Assembly: GCA_965240325.2 (NCBI GenBank)
Contig: OZ251247.1
Span: forward strand, 806,001 to 870,000
Direction of reading: 5' to 3'
From: Rebecca billardiae RCC1528
Lineage: Eukaryota; Protista; Haptophyta
Length of the DNA stretch: 64,000 nucleotides
The notes under the pieces are model-generated. The model did not search any database. It had not been told where the DNA came from and saw only the letters and a program-made list of their open reading frames with translations. Of this stretch, positions 1 to 11,812 are shown in pieces. A program made the position numbers and the translations under genes. Numbering within the stretch: the stretch's first letter is position 1; every line of letters starts with the position of its first letter.

Positions 1-13
1 TTTTTTTCCATGC

Positions 14-1015
14 ATGACCGGACGAGCTCGGCAGTCGAGCAGCAGCAAGGCCGAGCGCGTGTGCAGACGGCTGCCTGCGATGGCGGCCCAGCACCCGCGG
101 GGGCGGCCTGCCCCCACCACGCGGCGCAGGCCGTCGAGCGCGGCACCGCGCACGGGGGCGGCGCTGACGCTGGTGCGGCTGGACGAGGTCCTCCGCCCGA
201 CGCGCACGCCCACGCCGCTCCGCCTCCCCTCGCCGCGCACGGGGGGCGGCGCCGAGTTCTCGATCGAACTGAAACTGCCTCGGTCGCGGCCGCACTCGGC
301 CGGCGTGGCGCGGCCGGCGCGCGGCGCGGGCGGCGCGGGCGCGCAGCTGGCCGCACACGGGCAGCAGGCGCAGCACGCGCGCGAGGGCGTGCTCGAGCGC
401 CTCGAGCGCGCGCGTCGCCCCTCGCTCGTGCCGCCCTACCAGGCGGTCTCGGCCGTCGCGGCCGCGGCCGCCGCCGATCCGATCGCCGCGGCCGACGACG
501 GCGAGGGCGGCGGCGTGGGCGGCAGCCGGGCGCAGAGCCGGCGCGCGTCGTTCAGCCGCTCCGTCGGCGGCCGGCCCAGGCCGTCCACCGCGACCTCCGC
601 CCGCCGGCCGTCCGCCGGCGGCGCTAGCGGCAGCGCCGGCGGCGGCAGTTTCGCGACTGCGGCCGGCCACCGGCCCGCAGCCCAACCCTACCCCAACCCT
701 ACCCCCCACGGCGCGCAGGGCGGCAGCTTCGCGGCGTCGGCCGGCCGACGGCCGAGCTCGGCGGGGCGCGTCAGCGCCAGCGCGGCGAGTCCGGGCGCGC
801 TAGCACGCACAGAGTCCGGACGCGCCGTGTGGGCGGCCGGCGGCGCGGACGCGCCCGGCGGCGGCCGCGGCGGCTCGCGCGCGCCGAGCCCCGAGCGGGC
901 GCGCGCGCGCGCCGCGCTCGCCGCCGCGGCGGCGGCGGACGCGGCGAACAGGCCGCCGCCCGCGTTCTCGGAGTACCTCTTCGCCGAGCTCGCGGCGAAG
1001 GCGGAGCGCGGCGGC

Positions 1016-1081
<66 letters not shown>

Positions 1082-4000
1082 CGCGGGCGGGAGGGTGCGC
1101 CGAGCGGGCTCTCCGCGCTCGCCACCGCGGCGAATGACGCAGCGGGCGCGCTGCTCGAGCTGCCCGACGCGGCGCAGATGCTGGCCGCGGCGCGCGCCGA
1201 GCGCGCGAGCGCGCGCCGCCGACGTCTCTCAGTAGCAGCAGGCGGCGGCGGCGGCGGCGGCGCGGACGGTGGCGGCGGCGGCGGCGGCGTCGACGGCGCG
1301 CGGCGCGGGAGTGTGCTGCCGGGCGGCGGCGTGTCCATCGGTGGCGGCGCCCTGCTCACGCGCCCCGGCTCCGCGCCGCCCGCGCCGCACAGCGCCGCGG
1401 CGCTCGCGGCTGCGACAACGGGCGGGGTGGGCGGCGGCGCCGCCGCCGCGGCCGCCGACGCGGCGGCGGCGAGCGCGCTGCATGCGTCAAATAAGCTGAG
1501 CGCGGCGGAGACGGCGGCGCTCGGCGCGCACCTGGGCATCCTCGGCCTGGGCGCGGGCGGTGGCGCCGCCGCCGCGGGCGCGCCGCAGCCGCCGCCGCCG
1601 CCCGGCGGCGGCGGCGGCGGCGCGGCAGCGCTCACCACTGCCGCTGCCATGCGAATTCCGGCCGAGATTCGCGAGCGATTCTCCGCCGAGAACTTTGCGG
1701 CGGCGGAGGAGGCGCTGGCGGTGGGCCGCGCCGTCGTGCTCAGCGGCAGCGTCGCCGCCGCCGCCGCCGCCGTCGCCGCGGTCGGCGCCGCCGCCGCCAG
1801 CGCCGGCGGCGGCGGCGGCGGCGGCGCGGGCGCGGGCGCGGGCGCCCCTGCAGCGCGGCGCGCGCCGGCAACCCCCGGAGGCGGCGGCGGCGGCGGCGGC
1901 ACGCCGGGCCCGCCGCGCGCCGCGTGGGGGAGCGCGGCCGCCGCCGCTGCGGCGGTGGACGACGAGGACGACGACGACGACGACGGCGGAGCCGGCGCCG
2001 AGCGCGGCGGCGGCGGCGGCGGCGGCGGCGCGCGGCGCACCGCCGCGGCGCACGCACGGCCGCGCTCCGCCACTGGTGTCCAGATCCGGACTAAGATCAA
2101 GCACCTCCGGACGAATGGGCTCGCGCGCATGCAGTTTGAAGCCGAGGTCGCCGCGACGCTCGCCGCGCGGCGGCAGGCCGCGGAGGCGCTGCTCGGCGGC
2201 GTGAGCCTCGCCGAGCAGAACTCGGCGCGCGCGCTGCGGTGCGCGCAAGCGCGCGCGCGCTGGCGCCTGCTCGGCGCGGTGGCGGCGGCTGCTGCCGTGC
2301 GCGCGCGCTGCTGCTGCGGCTGCTGCTGCTGCTGCGTGCTAGCCCATGTGCCGGCAGCTCCATCCTGCAGTCGCCGTCCCTCCAACCACCCCTGCCCTTA
2401 CGCTTACCCCTACCCCGACACCCGCCCACCCCACACCCCCGCGCCCCCGCCCCCACCGCCGCCGCGCCGCGCCGCGCCGCGCCCACGCTAATTTCCAACC
2501 CTAACCCTTCCAACCCTAACCCGAACCCACCCAACCCTAACCACGCCAGCTTCCGCCCCGAGTCGCGGCGCGAGGACTTTGCGACCGCGGCGGCGGTGCG
2601 CGACGGGCGCATCGCAGCCGCGCAGGCGCGCGCGACCGCGCGGCTCGAGGTGCGTCTGCGCGCCGCCCGCCGCGCCGAGATTGCAATCTCGGCGCGCGAG
2701 CGCGCCGCGCCGAGATTGCGATCTCGCGGGCTCGGCGCGAGCTCGCCGCTGGGCCGTGCGGCTGCGCGCGGCCCCGCTGTCGCTGCGTGCCGGCCGGCCG
2801 CGCGATCGTACGCGCCGCGGGCTGACCGGCGCCCTACCTCCCCCCCTACGCCCCCCCCCCCCCCCTACCCACCCACCCACCCCCGGCGCGCCGCCTGTCG
2901 CCTGTCGCCGCCCCGCGCCCGCCCCCGCTCGCGCCCCGCGCGCCGCGCCCGCCCCCGCCTCGGCGCGCGCGCGCGCCGCTCGCAGACGCGCGCGGCGGCG
3001 ACGGAGGCGGTGGCGTTCGCGCGCGAGCGCGCCGCCGCCGCGCGCGAAGCCGCCGCGCGCACCGCCGCGGTGCGCGCGCGCGCGGCGGGCTGGGCCGTCG
3101 CCATCGCTGCCGCCGCGCGGCTGTGGCTCCTGGGCCGGCGGCTGGGTACAGAGCGGCGCATCAACGCACTCACTTGGGAGCAGACGCGCGCGGCGCGGCG
3201 CATCCAGGTGCGTGTGCGCGAGATTGCGCGAGATCGCGCGCGAGATTGGTCGCGAGATTGCGCGAGATTGCGCGCAGGGCACGTGCCGCCGACCTGCCGG
3301 CGGCGGCGGCGGCAGACCCGCCGCCCGCCTCTGTGCAATCCGCCGCCCTCGGCCGCCGCCGCGCCCCGCCCCTCCCACTACCTACGCACCCTAACCCTAC
3401 ACCCGAGCCAACCCTACCCTACCCCCTGGCAGCGGCTGCTCAAGCGGCGCATCCTCTCGAACCGAATCCGCTTCCTCGGCCGGTGCAAGCGCGCCTTCGA
3501 CCGCAACCTGTGGCGCGCGCCCACCGCCCTCCGAATCATCGGCAAGCGCAAGGCTTTGCAGCGACTGCGCGTGTTCCTAGCGGCCGCGCGCAAGGCGGGC
3601 GAGGTCCAGGCCGCGTGCCGCCGGCTGCGGCACCGAGTAACGGTGCGCCCGCGCCGCCGACGCCCGCCGTCAACGCCGCCACCGCTGCTGTGCGCCCGTG
3701 CTGCCGACGCCCGCCGCCAACGCCGCCCCCCCAGCGCCGCTGGCAGCGTGTCTCACGCGCGCGCGGGACCTCGCGCAATCTCGCGCAATCTCGCGCAATC
3801 TCGCGCAATCTCGCGCAATCTCGCGCAATCTCGCGGGGCAAGGGGCTCAGGCGGCGCTGACTGACCCTCGCGCCGCCGCCGCCGCCCTCGCCGCGCCGCG
3901 TGCGCTCGCTGCACGCCGCAGGCCATCCAGCGCTGCTGGCGCGCCTTTGCCCTCGCCAACGCGGCACAGGTGCGGGGCGCGAGATTGCGCGAGATTGCAC

Positions 4001-4753
4001 GCCCCGCGCGGGCGCGTGCGTGCGCGCGCGTGCGCCCGCCCGCGCGCTGGCTGTTGCATATGCACCGCCCCCAGCACGCGCTGGCTGACTGGTACTCACA
4101 TCTACCCGGCTGTTACTCACATCTACCCGCATGCCCACCCCCGTCTTATTTTTTGGGCTCCGCACCCGCGCGCGCAGGTGGGCGCGTGCGTGCGCGCCTA
4201 CTACCACCACGAGCTGCGGCAGTACTCACTTTTACCCGTATTGCTGCGCGAGGACGTGACGTCGGCGGTGACGCTGCAGGAGCGCGAGGAGGAGGAGCGC
4301 CGGCGGCGGCGGCGCGCGGGGCGCTCCCAGTCCGTGCTCGCCCACGCCGTGCCCGAGGGCCAGCTGGGGCTACTGCCAGTTGGCAGCCGCCGCCCTAACC
4401 CTAACCCTAACCCTAACTCGCCGCCGGGCGCGGCGGGCCGGCGCGGCGCCGGCGCGCGGCGCACGTCCGACGGCGGCGCACTCGACCTGCTGCGCCACGC
4501 TACCGGCGGCGGCCATGCTGCCTCGGGCACAGTGGCGGCTCTGCAGGCGCAGGCGGCGTGCGCGGCCGCGTGCGCCGCCGCCTCGGCCGCGGCCGCGGCC
4601 GAGGCGGGCTCGCGCTCGTCGTCGCCCGGCGGCGGCAGCGCGCACTCGCCGCCGCCGCCGTTCGCGCTCGCGCGCGTGCCCTCGATGGTCTCGCGCCAGG
4701 GCAGCTTTACGCAACAGCACGGGATGGCGCCGCCATCTGTTGGGCCGAGGCCA

Positions 4754-4786
<33 letters not shown>

Positions 4787-7505
4787 CGCCGCCCGTCGCT
4801 CGGCGGTGGTGGCGGCGGCGGCGGCGGGCGCCGGCCGTCGCTCGGCGGCGGTGGCGGCGGTGGCGTCGGCAGCCGGCGTGGCAGCTTCGCCAGCCAGTCC
4901 GGCGGCGGCGGCGGCGGCGGCGGCTCCGGTTCCATGCGCCGCAGCGGCAGCGGCGGCAGCCATGCTGGGAGCGGCGTGCTGGGCGGCCGGCTGCCATCGT
5001 GGCAAATCCGGTTGATCAAGATCGAGGTGGTCCGGGAGGACCTCCGGACTCGGCGCTCCGAGCACATCGAGGTGCGCGCGCGTGCGGCGCACGCCCGCGC
5101 CGGCGCGCTGCGTGCGCGCGCGCGCGCGCGCGCTCGCCGCCGGCTAGCGCACGCGGGCGGGGCGGCGGTGGCGGCGGCGCGCGCGGCGCGCGGCGTCGCG
5201 CGCGCGCGCCTGCGCGGCTGCGCAGTGCGCCGAGGCGGGTGGCAGCCATGCTGGGAGCCATGCTGGGTGGCGGCAGCCATGCTGGGTGGCGGGGTGGGCC
5301 GCCGCACGCGGGGGCGTGCGCGTGTGCGCGCGTGCAGCGCTGGGCACAGCCCTCGCGCGGCTGCGCCGCTGCACTACGCCGCTGCACCGGTGGCGCACGC
5401 CCCCTCCCCCCCCCTCCGCGCCGCCGGCCGCCGTCCGCGCCGCCGCCACCCGCCCGCGGGGCCGCCGGCGCGCGCGCGCCGACCGCGCGCCGCGCGCACG
5501 TCCAACCCTACCCCTTACCCTACCTCCCAACCCGACCGCGCTGCGCAGGAGATGAGCGCGTGGCGCGCCGTGAAGCAGGAGCTCGAGGACCGCGCGGCCA
5601 TCACACTCATGATCCTCCGGTGCGCGCCGCCCGCCGCGGCGCGCGCCCACGCCGGGCCGCGCGGGCCGCCGCGGCGCGCCAGCGCGGCCCGCCGCGCGCG
5701 CGCGCGCGCGCGGCTGCGCCCGCGCCCGGTACGCCACGCCTCACCTCACGCCGTGAGGCCCCCTCGTGCCCTGCCCACGCGGGCATGCCCCCGGAATCTT
5801 CCCCGGACCGTCCCCGGACCTTTTTTCCCGGACCATGCCCGGACTTTTCCCGGACTCCCGCAGCGACCACCTTACCACGACGGGCGTGCGGCCGGTGGCC
5901 GCGGCAGAGGCCGCCGCCAAGTCCGCCGCGCTCCGTGCGACGGCGTCCGCGGCCTTCGGCGGCGGCGGCGGCGGCGGTGCCAGCGCGCAAGCCGCGCCGC
6001 AGCCGCGCGGCGGCGCGCGCCGCGCGCGCCGCTCGTCGACGGCGCAGGCGCAGGTGCGGCGCGCGCGCGCCCGGACTTGCCCGGACTGCCTGCCCGGCAC
6101 GCGAATCCACCGGACTGCGCCGCCATCGCACTCGCGCGCAGCGCGTGCGGTGGCGGGGCGCACGGCCCTGGCCCCCGCCCGCCCGCGCGAGCGCGTCTCC
6201 CTCTCAGCTGCGCCGCGCGCTGACTGTCACTCACTGACTGACTGACTGACTGGCTGACTGGCTGACTGACTGGCTGGCTGACTGACTGGCTGGCTGGCTA
6301 ACTGGCGTGCGTACGCGCCGCCGTGCTGCGCTCCCCCCCCACCCAACCGCCCACCCGCCGCCTTTCGCCGGGCACGCACCACCCAGGTGGACGCGGAGGC
6401 GGCGCTCGAGATCGCAGCAACGCGCGTGCAGGCGGCGGCGCGCGGCCACTCGACGCGGCAGGCGCTTGCAAGGCGGCGCGCGGCGAGCGCGGGCGCGCTG
6501 CCAGCGTCCTCCGAGCCCGCCGCCGCCGCCGCGGTCGGTGCCAACGCCGGCGCTGCAAGCACGCCGGTGCGCGCCGCCTCCGCCGCCGCCGCGGCCGGCG
6601 GCAGCGCGGCCGCGCCCGCGGGCGGCGCGCGCCGCGGCCGCGGCTCTGCTGTTCGCAAGAGTGGCGGCGGCGGCGGCGGCCGTTACGCCGACCGTTACGG
6701 GAGCAAGGGCGGGAGCAAGGGCGGCGGCGGCGGCGGTGACAAGGGCGGCGCCGCCGCGAGTGGCGCCGCCGCCGCCTCGCCCGCCGGCGCGCGCGACGCC
6801 GCCGGCCGTTACGCCGACCGTTACGGCCGGCCGTTACACCCGAACGTGGTCCGAGCACTCGAGGGCTCGGACCGCCCGCCGCCGCGCCCGCGGCTGCGCG
6901 TGCTGCCGCGCGGGCCCGAGGCGATGGCGAGGCTGCAGACGCGCATGAAGGCGCGGGTGCGCGCGCGCGCACGCGCGCGCGCGCACGCATGCATGCCCGT
7001 GCACGTGCACGTGCGCCGGCGCCACGGCTGCGCGCAGCACAGCCGCCGCCGCCAGCGCGCCGGTCGGCCGGCGCGCTCGCTCACTCGCGCCACCATGCGC
7101 CCACCCGCGCGCGCGCGCGCGCGTGCGCGCGCGCGCGCGCCTCCGCCTCAGATCCGCGCGGCGACGCGCGCGCGCATGGCCGCGGAGGCGGAGGCCGCGG
7201 CGCGCGGCGGCGTTGGCTCCGACTCGTGGCGCGGCGTGCGCGCCGGCGGGGCCGCGTACTCGCCCGTTAGTGTGATCGCTGGCGCGCGCGCGGCGATGCG
7301 CGCCGCGGCCGGCCGTGACGCGGACGCGGAGGACTGGCAGCTGGCGCTCGCCGCGTGGGACGAGGAGGCGAGCCGGGAGGCGCGGCTGTACGGACCGAGC
7401 GTGTGGGGCGGCGGTGCCGGCGCGGCCGAGGCGGACGGCGATGACGCAGGCGGCGCTGAGGGCGGTGACGCGGTGGCCACCGTGGACGAGCGATCTGAGG
7501 CGTAG
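14..7505 (+). CDS. Large multi-exon low-complexity protein with several IQ (calmodulin-binding)-like motifs
   Basis: GT..AG introns that preserve frame at 2650-2985, 3208-3432, 3643-3921, 3970-4177, 5072-5548, 5620-5863, 6054-6386 and 6957-7151. A first intron lies at about 2297-2549, but its donor is not resolved. The spliced product contains AARRIQRLLKRR, VTAIQRCWRAF and AATRVQAAARGHSTR. Stop TAG at 7503-7505. The start codon is uncertain and may lie upstream. Confidence 0.6.
2496..2542 (+). repeat. Degenerate telomere-like (CCCTAA) tract at the 3' end of an intron
   Basis: ccaaccctaacccttccaaccctaacccgaacccacccaaccctaacc, ending a few nt before the AG acceptor at 2548-2549. Confidence 0.8.
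3219..3272 (+). repeat. 10-bp tandem repeat (GCGAGATTGC)n, intronic
   Basis: Read directly, within intron 3208-3432. Confidence 0.8.
3771..3833 (+). repeat. 10-bp tandem repeat (TCGCGCAATC) x6, intronic, inverted relative to 3219-3272 and 3979-3998
   Basis: Read directly; reverse complement of the GCGAGATTGC unit. Confidence 0.85.
6232..6305 (+). repeat. (CTGA/CTGG)n tetranucleotide microsatellite in an intron
   Basis: actgactgactgactgactggctgactggctgac...ggctaactggc, within intron 6054-6386. Confidence 0.85.
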
Positions 7506-8138
7506 CCGTGACGATCGACGTCGACTGGCGCGCGCCTAGGCGCCGCGGGTAGTCCTCAAGTAGCAGTAGTATAGCTATATATATATATATATATATAGTA
7601 GTATGATATATGGCGGCGATTCTTCGATCGCGCGGTCCGGGTCGCAGCCGGCCGGCGGGCGATGCATGCCTACTGCGGCGTCTAGTACATAGTAGTAAAG
7701 ACGACTCCGAGACCGCGCTCACCGGTGCGTGCGCCCGCTCGGACTTGGTCAATGGGCACTACGCGCCACTCATGTCGGCGCGGGTGCCCCGGGTCCGCGA
7801 GTGTAAGACGACCGTCCACTCGTCCTCAGCGCATCGGCGGGCCGCGTTCCAGCCGCGTGCCAAGCCGGCGCGTCACGGGCCGCCCTGACCCTGACTGGCA
7901 CGGTGCGTGCCGCTGCCAAGGCAGAGCTGTGCTTGCAGCCGTGATGCTCAAGCGCGGCGGCACGGACCGGCGGACTTACGGTCGCTGCCGTCTGTGCGGC
8001 GGTTTGGCACTCGGTACTGCTTCAGTTGGCTCACGGCGCGCCGATAGCGCGACTCACTGACACGCACTCCATGCTGGCAATGCGGCGGAGGGGCTGGCCG
8101 GTTGCTGCGTCCGCAGCCGCAAGACCGACGATTCACGC

Positions 8139-8216
8139 CTGGCTGGTACTAGTTCTCCACCATCGCACTCGCTCTGCACGCGGGTGCGATTGGCCGCCAT
8201 CGTCACTCGGCGGGCA
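8139..8216. mobile_element. Rearranged relic of the MITE family found intact at 36007-36086
   Basis: 8139-8170 matches the left end of that element (ctggctggtact..ctcc.ccatcgcactc). 8193-8216 is a 23/24 reverse-complement match to 36037-36060. Confidence 0.65.
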
Positions 8217-8252
8217 ATCGGCCAATCCCGGACGCCACAGCAGCAGGGGGCA

Positions 8253-9818
8253 ATGGCACCCACGACACGGCATCAGCGCGCAGAGCGGGCGCTCCGGCTG
8301 ACCCACCTGCCGCCCGACCTGCTCGGGCGCGTCCTCCGCCACCTGGACAGCGTGGCCGACCTCGCCGCCGCGAACGGGGCCTCGCGCCTCCTCGGCACAC
8401 CCGTCGAGCACGCGCTGCGCGAGCGCGCGAGCGCGCGCGGGCACGATCGCGCGCTGCCAGCGGCGCTGCCCTCGGGCGTGCGCACGTGGAAGGCGGAGCT
8501 TTTCGCGCGCGAGCGCGTGCTGCAGCTGGCGCGTGCGCACGCCTGCGTCGTCGCGGCCGCCGCAGGCACTTCAGAGGCACAAGTCTTCTTCAGCGCGTTT
8601 GTGGACGCGGAGGGCGCCGTGCACGCGTGTGGCGAGTGCTCGGAGGAGGATGTGCTCACGTGCCCGCTGGCCACCGGTCTTGCTGGTGCGTCCGGCGCGG
8701 AGCCGTCGGACGAGCAGGCCGTGCCCTCGCCGACGCGTGTGCCCTCGCTCTCGTCCGTGCGCGTGCGCTCCGTGTCCGCTGGCTCTGAGCATCTGCTCGC
8801 GCTGAGCGAGGCCGGCGACGTGTACGGCTGCGGCGACAACGAGTGCGGCCAGCTCGGGCTGGGGGACACGGCCACGCGGCGGGCGTTTGCGCATGTGAGA
8901 GGGCTCGCGGTCGAGCTCGGTGTATGTATTGCGGCTGCCATGCGCCAAAGCTTCGCGCTCACCGCTGCTGGCGCTGCGTACAGCTGGGGCAACAACGACC
9001 GCGGCCAGCTCGGCCACGGCGACACGGACGACCGGTGGGAGCCGACGCGCATCGAGGCGCTGGACGGCGTGCGCGTGGGCGGAGTGTCTGCGGGCGGGGC
9101 GCACACGCTGCTGCTCAGTGCACGTGGGGCTGTGTTCTCGTGCGGGTATGGCCGTGCTGCCCAGCTTGGCCACGGCGACCGGCAGGATCAGCACACGCCG
9201 AGGCGCATCGAGGCGCTTGCTGGTGTGCGCGCCGTGCACGTGAGCGCGGGCCATGCGCACAGCCTGGTGGTGGTCGCGACAGGCAAGGTGTACTCGTTCA
9301 ACATGATCCATACCGGTGACGTGTTTCATGCCATCACAATGCGGTCCACCGACGGCCGCCCTTCTCGCGCCCATCAGCTGCCCCCACCGCTGCCCCCACC
9401 AGTGGACGGCCTCACTGGCGTGCGTGCGTGCGCAGGCTCATTTGACAGCGCAGTCGTTGGTGCGGATGGCACCGTGCACACGTTTATGACCTACGGGCGT
9501 GGCCAAGACGGCTCTGGCGAGGACCCCCTGGCGGTGCACCCCGAGCGGGTGGTCGCACTCGAGCACGTGCGGGTGGTGAGCTGCGTATTCGGCAAGAGGC
9601 ACACGCTGTTCGTCACTGCGGACGGCAGCGTGTATTCGTGCGGCGCGCGCTCGGCAGCGCTCGGCCTGGGCGTCACGAGCGAGCCGGACGAGGACTCTGA
9701 CGACGAGGACTCCATCAGCGAGTACTCGTCGTCGTTGGACGATGACGATGATGCCAATTACTACACAGTCACTGAGCCGACGTTGGTGCCAGGCATTCTT
9801 CTGATGGCGGCGGAGTAG
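8253..9818 (+). CDS. F-box-like + RCC1-repeat beta-propeller protein, copy 1 (acidic tail)
   Basis: N-terminal LTHLPPDLLGRVLRHLDSVADLAAANGASR (F-box-like), then RCC1 repeats (AGxxHxLxL...VYxxGxNxxGQLGxG). Intronless. ATG 8253 is homologous to the paralog starts. Confidence 0.88.
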   Translation: MAPTTRHQRAERALRLTHLPPDLLGRVLRHLDSVADLAAANGASRLLGTPVEHALRERASARGHDRALPAALPSGVRTWKAELFARERVLQLARAHACVVAAAAGTSEAQVFFSAFVDAEGAVHACGECSEEDVLTCPLATGLAGASGAEPSDEQAVPSPTRVPSLSSVRVRSVSAGSEHLLALSEAGDVYGCGDNECGQLGLGDTATRRAFAHVRGLAVELGVCIAAAMRQSFALTAAGAAYSWGNNDRGQLGHGDTDDRWEPTRIEALDGVRVGGVSAGGAHTLLLSARGAVFSCGYGRAAQLGHGDRQDQHTPRRIEALAGVRAVHVSAGHAHSLVVVATGKVYSFNMIHTGDVFHAITMRSTDGRPSRAHQLPPPLPPPVDGLTGVRACAGSFDSAVVGADGTVHTFMTYGRGQDGSGEDPLAVHPERVVALEHVRVVSCVFGKRHTLFVTADGSVYSCGARSAALGLGVTSEPDEDSDDEDSISEYSSSLDDDDDANYYTVTEPTLVPGILLMAAE

Positions 9819-10058
9819 ACTCGTCGGACAGCGCCGATACCGTTGGTAGTACTACAGTAGTAGGAAGTAGCGCGTCGTAGACGTACAGTAGTACGCAGGG
9901 CACTGCTGATCACTGCCCTTGCACGAGTGCTGAGTGACGTGCATCGCACTGATGACGGGCGACGGCCTGAGGATATCGACCCAGCACAATATGGCGGGCC
10001 GTAATTTTGCGCGCAAGCGCACAGTCGCAGTGGCGCAGCGCGCGGGCACAGTGCGACG

Positions 10059-11600
10059 ATGGCACCGACGACACGGCATCAGCGCGCAGAGCGGGCGCTC
10101 CGGCTAACCCACCTGCCGCCCGACCTGCTCGGGCGCGTCCTCCGCCACCTGGACAGCGTGGCCGACCTCGCCGCCGCGAACGGAGCCTCGCGCCTCCTCG
10201 GCACTCCCGTCGAGCACGCGCTGCGCGAGCGCGCGAACGCGCGCGGGCACGCGCGCGCGCTGCCGGCGTCACTGCCCTCGGGCGCGCGCACGTGGAAGGG
10301 GGAGCTGTTTGCACGCGAGCGCGTGCTGCAGCTGGCGCGTGCGCACGCGTGCGTCGTCGCAGCCGGCGCCGGCTGCCCCGATGGGCCTTCCTTCAGCGCG
10401 TTTGTGGACGCGGACGGCGCCGTGCACGCCTGCGGCGAAGCTTCATTTGACGAACGAGAGCGGGGCATCCGGACGTGCCCGCTGGCAACTGGCCTCTGCG
10501 AGGCGCTCCACGCGGAGCCGTCGGGTGGGTCTGGCGTGCCCTCGCCGGCGCGTGTGCCCTCGCTCTCGTCCGTGCGCGTGCGCTCCGTGGCCGCAGGCGA
10601 TGAGCACCTGCTCGCGCTGAGCGATGCTGGGACGGTGTACGCGTGCGGCGCCAACCGCTACGGCCAGCTCGGGCTGGGGGACGAAGAAGGGGTCGACACG
10701 TTCGCGTTCGCGCCGGTACGCGGTCTGTCGAGTGAGGTCGTCGTCGGCATCGCCGCCAAGCTCGACCACAGCCTCGCCCTCACCGCCGCTGGGTGCGCGT
10801 ACAGCTGGGGCAACAACGGGCACGGCCAGCTCGGCCACGGCGACACGGAGAGGCGGTATGAGCCGACGCGCATCGAGGCGCTGGACGGCGTGCGCGTGGG
10901 CGGCGTGGCCGCGGGCGCTGACCACACGCTGCTGCTGACCGCGCGCGCCACCGTCTACTCGTGCGGCGCTGGCTCGGACGGCCAGCTCGGCCACGGCAAC
11001 TGTCAGCACCAGCTCACGCCGAGGCGCATCGAGGCGCTCGCGGGCGTGCGCGCCGTGCACGTGAGCGCGGGCGCTGAGCACAGCCTGGTGGTGGACGCGG
11101 CGGGCAAGGTGTACTCGTTCGGCGTCCCCCGTGCCAGGTCATGCCGGTCCAACCGCGGGCGTCCGCTGAAGCACCTGCTGGCGCCCAGACGAGTGGACGG
11201 CCTCGGGCGCGTGCGCGCGGTGCGCGTGTGCGCAGGCTCTTCCTGCAGCGCAGTCGTCGGCGCGGATGGCAGCGTGCACACGTTCGGGACCAACGACCTT
11301 GGCAGGCTGGGCCTGGGCACCAGCACAGAGCAGCGCCCAGACCCAACGCTTGTGGAGGCGCTGGGGCACGCGCGGGTGGTGAGCTGCGTATTCGGCGAGA
11401 CGCACACGCTGTTCGTCACTGCTGACGGCAGCGTGTATTCCTGTGGCGAGCGCTCGGCTGCGCTCGGCCTGGGTGTCACGAGCGCCGAGCCGGACGAGGA
11501 CTCCGGCGAGCTCTCGTCGTGGGACGATGACGATGACGACGAGGCAGTCCCTGAGCCGACGTTGGTGCCAGACATGCTGCTGCTGATGGTGGCGGATTAG
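10059..11600 (+). CDS. F-box-like + RCC1-repeat protein, copy 2
   Basis: Same architecture, intact 513-aa ORF. Confidence 0.9.
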   Translation: MAPTTRHQRAERALRLTHLPPDLLGRVLRHLDSVADLAAANGASRLLGTPVEHALRERANARGHARALPASLPSGARTWKGELFARERVLQLARAHACVVAAGAGCPDGPSFSAFVDADGAVHACGEASFDERERGIRTCPLATGLCEALHAEPSGGSGVPSPARVPSLSSVRVRSVAAGDEHLLALSDAGTVYACGANRYGQLGLGDEEGVDTFAFAPVRGLSSEVVVGIAAKLDHSLALTAAGCAYSWGNNGHGQLGHGDTERRYEPTRIEALDGVRVGGVAAGADHTLLLTARATVYSCGAGSDGQLGHGNCQHQLTPRRIEALAGVRAVHVSAGAEHSLVVDAAGKVYSFGVPRARSCRSNRGRPLKHLLAPRRVDGLGRVRAVRVCAGSSCSAVVGADGSVHTFGTNDLGRLGLGTSTEQRPDPTLVEALGHARVVSCVFGETHTLFVTADGSVYSCGERSAALGLGVTSAEPDEDSGELSSWDDDDDDEAVPEPTLVPDMLLLMVAD

Positions 11601-11812
11601 AGTCGTCGGGCAGCCCATCGTAGCCCTGTGCAGCAGCCCACCACAGCGACGACCAGTAGCGGCGCAGTAATTCCTCACTGATGTGATATGACACCATCAA
11701 GGGTGGTCGACTGGTCTGCTATTGTACTCTGCTTGATGCGCTACTGACGGCCGAGGACCCGCCAAGCATTTGCGCGCAGCACATCGCGCTGCGGCAGCGC
11801 ATGCGAAGTGCG

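Noticed and set aside
3771-3833. CRISPR-like appearance of short repeat arrays (also 25143-25260, 54233-54487, 61141-61245)
   Set aside because: Head-to-tail repeats without unique spacers, no cas genes, and a eukaryotic context.
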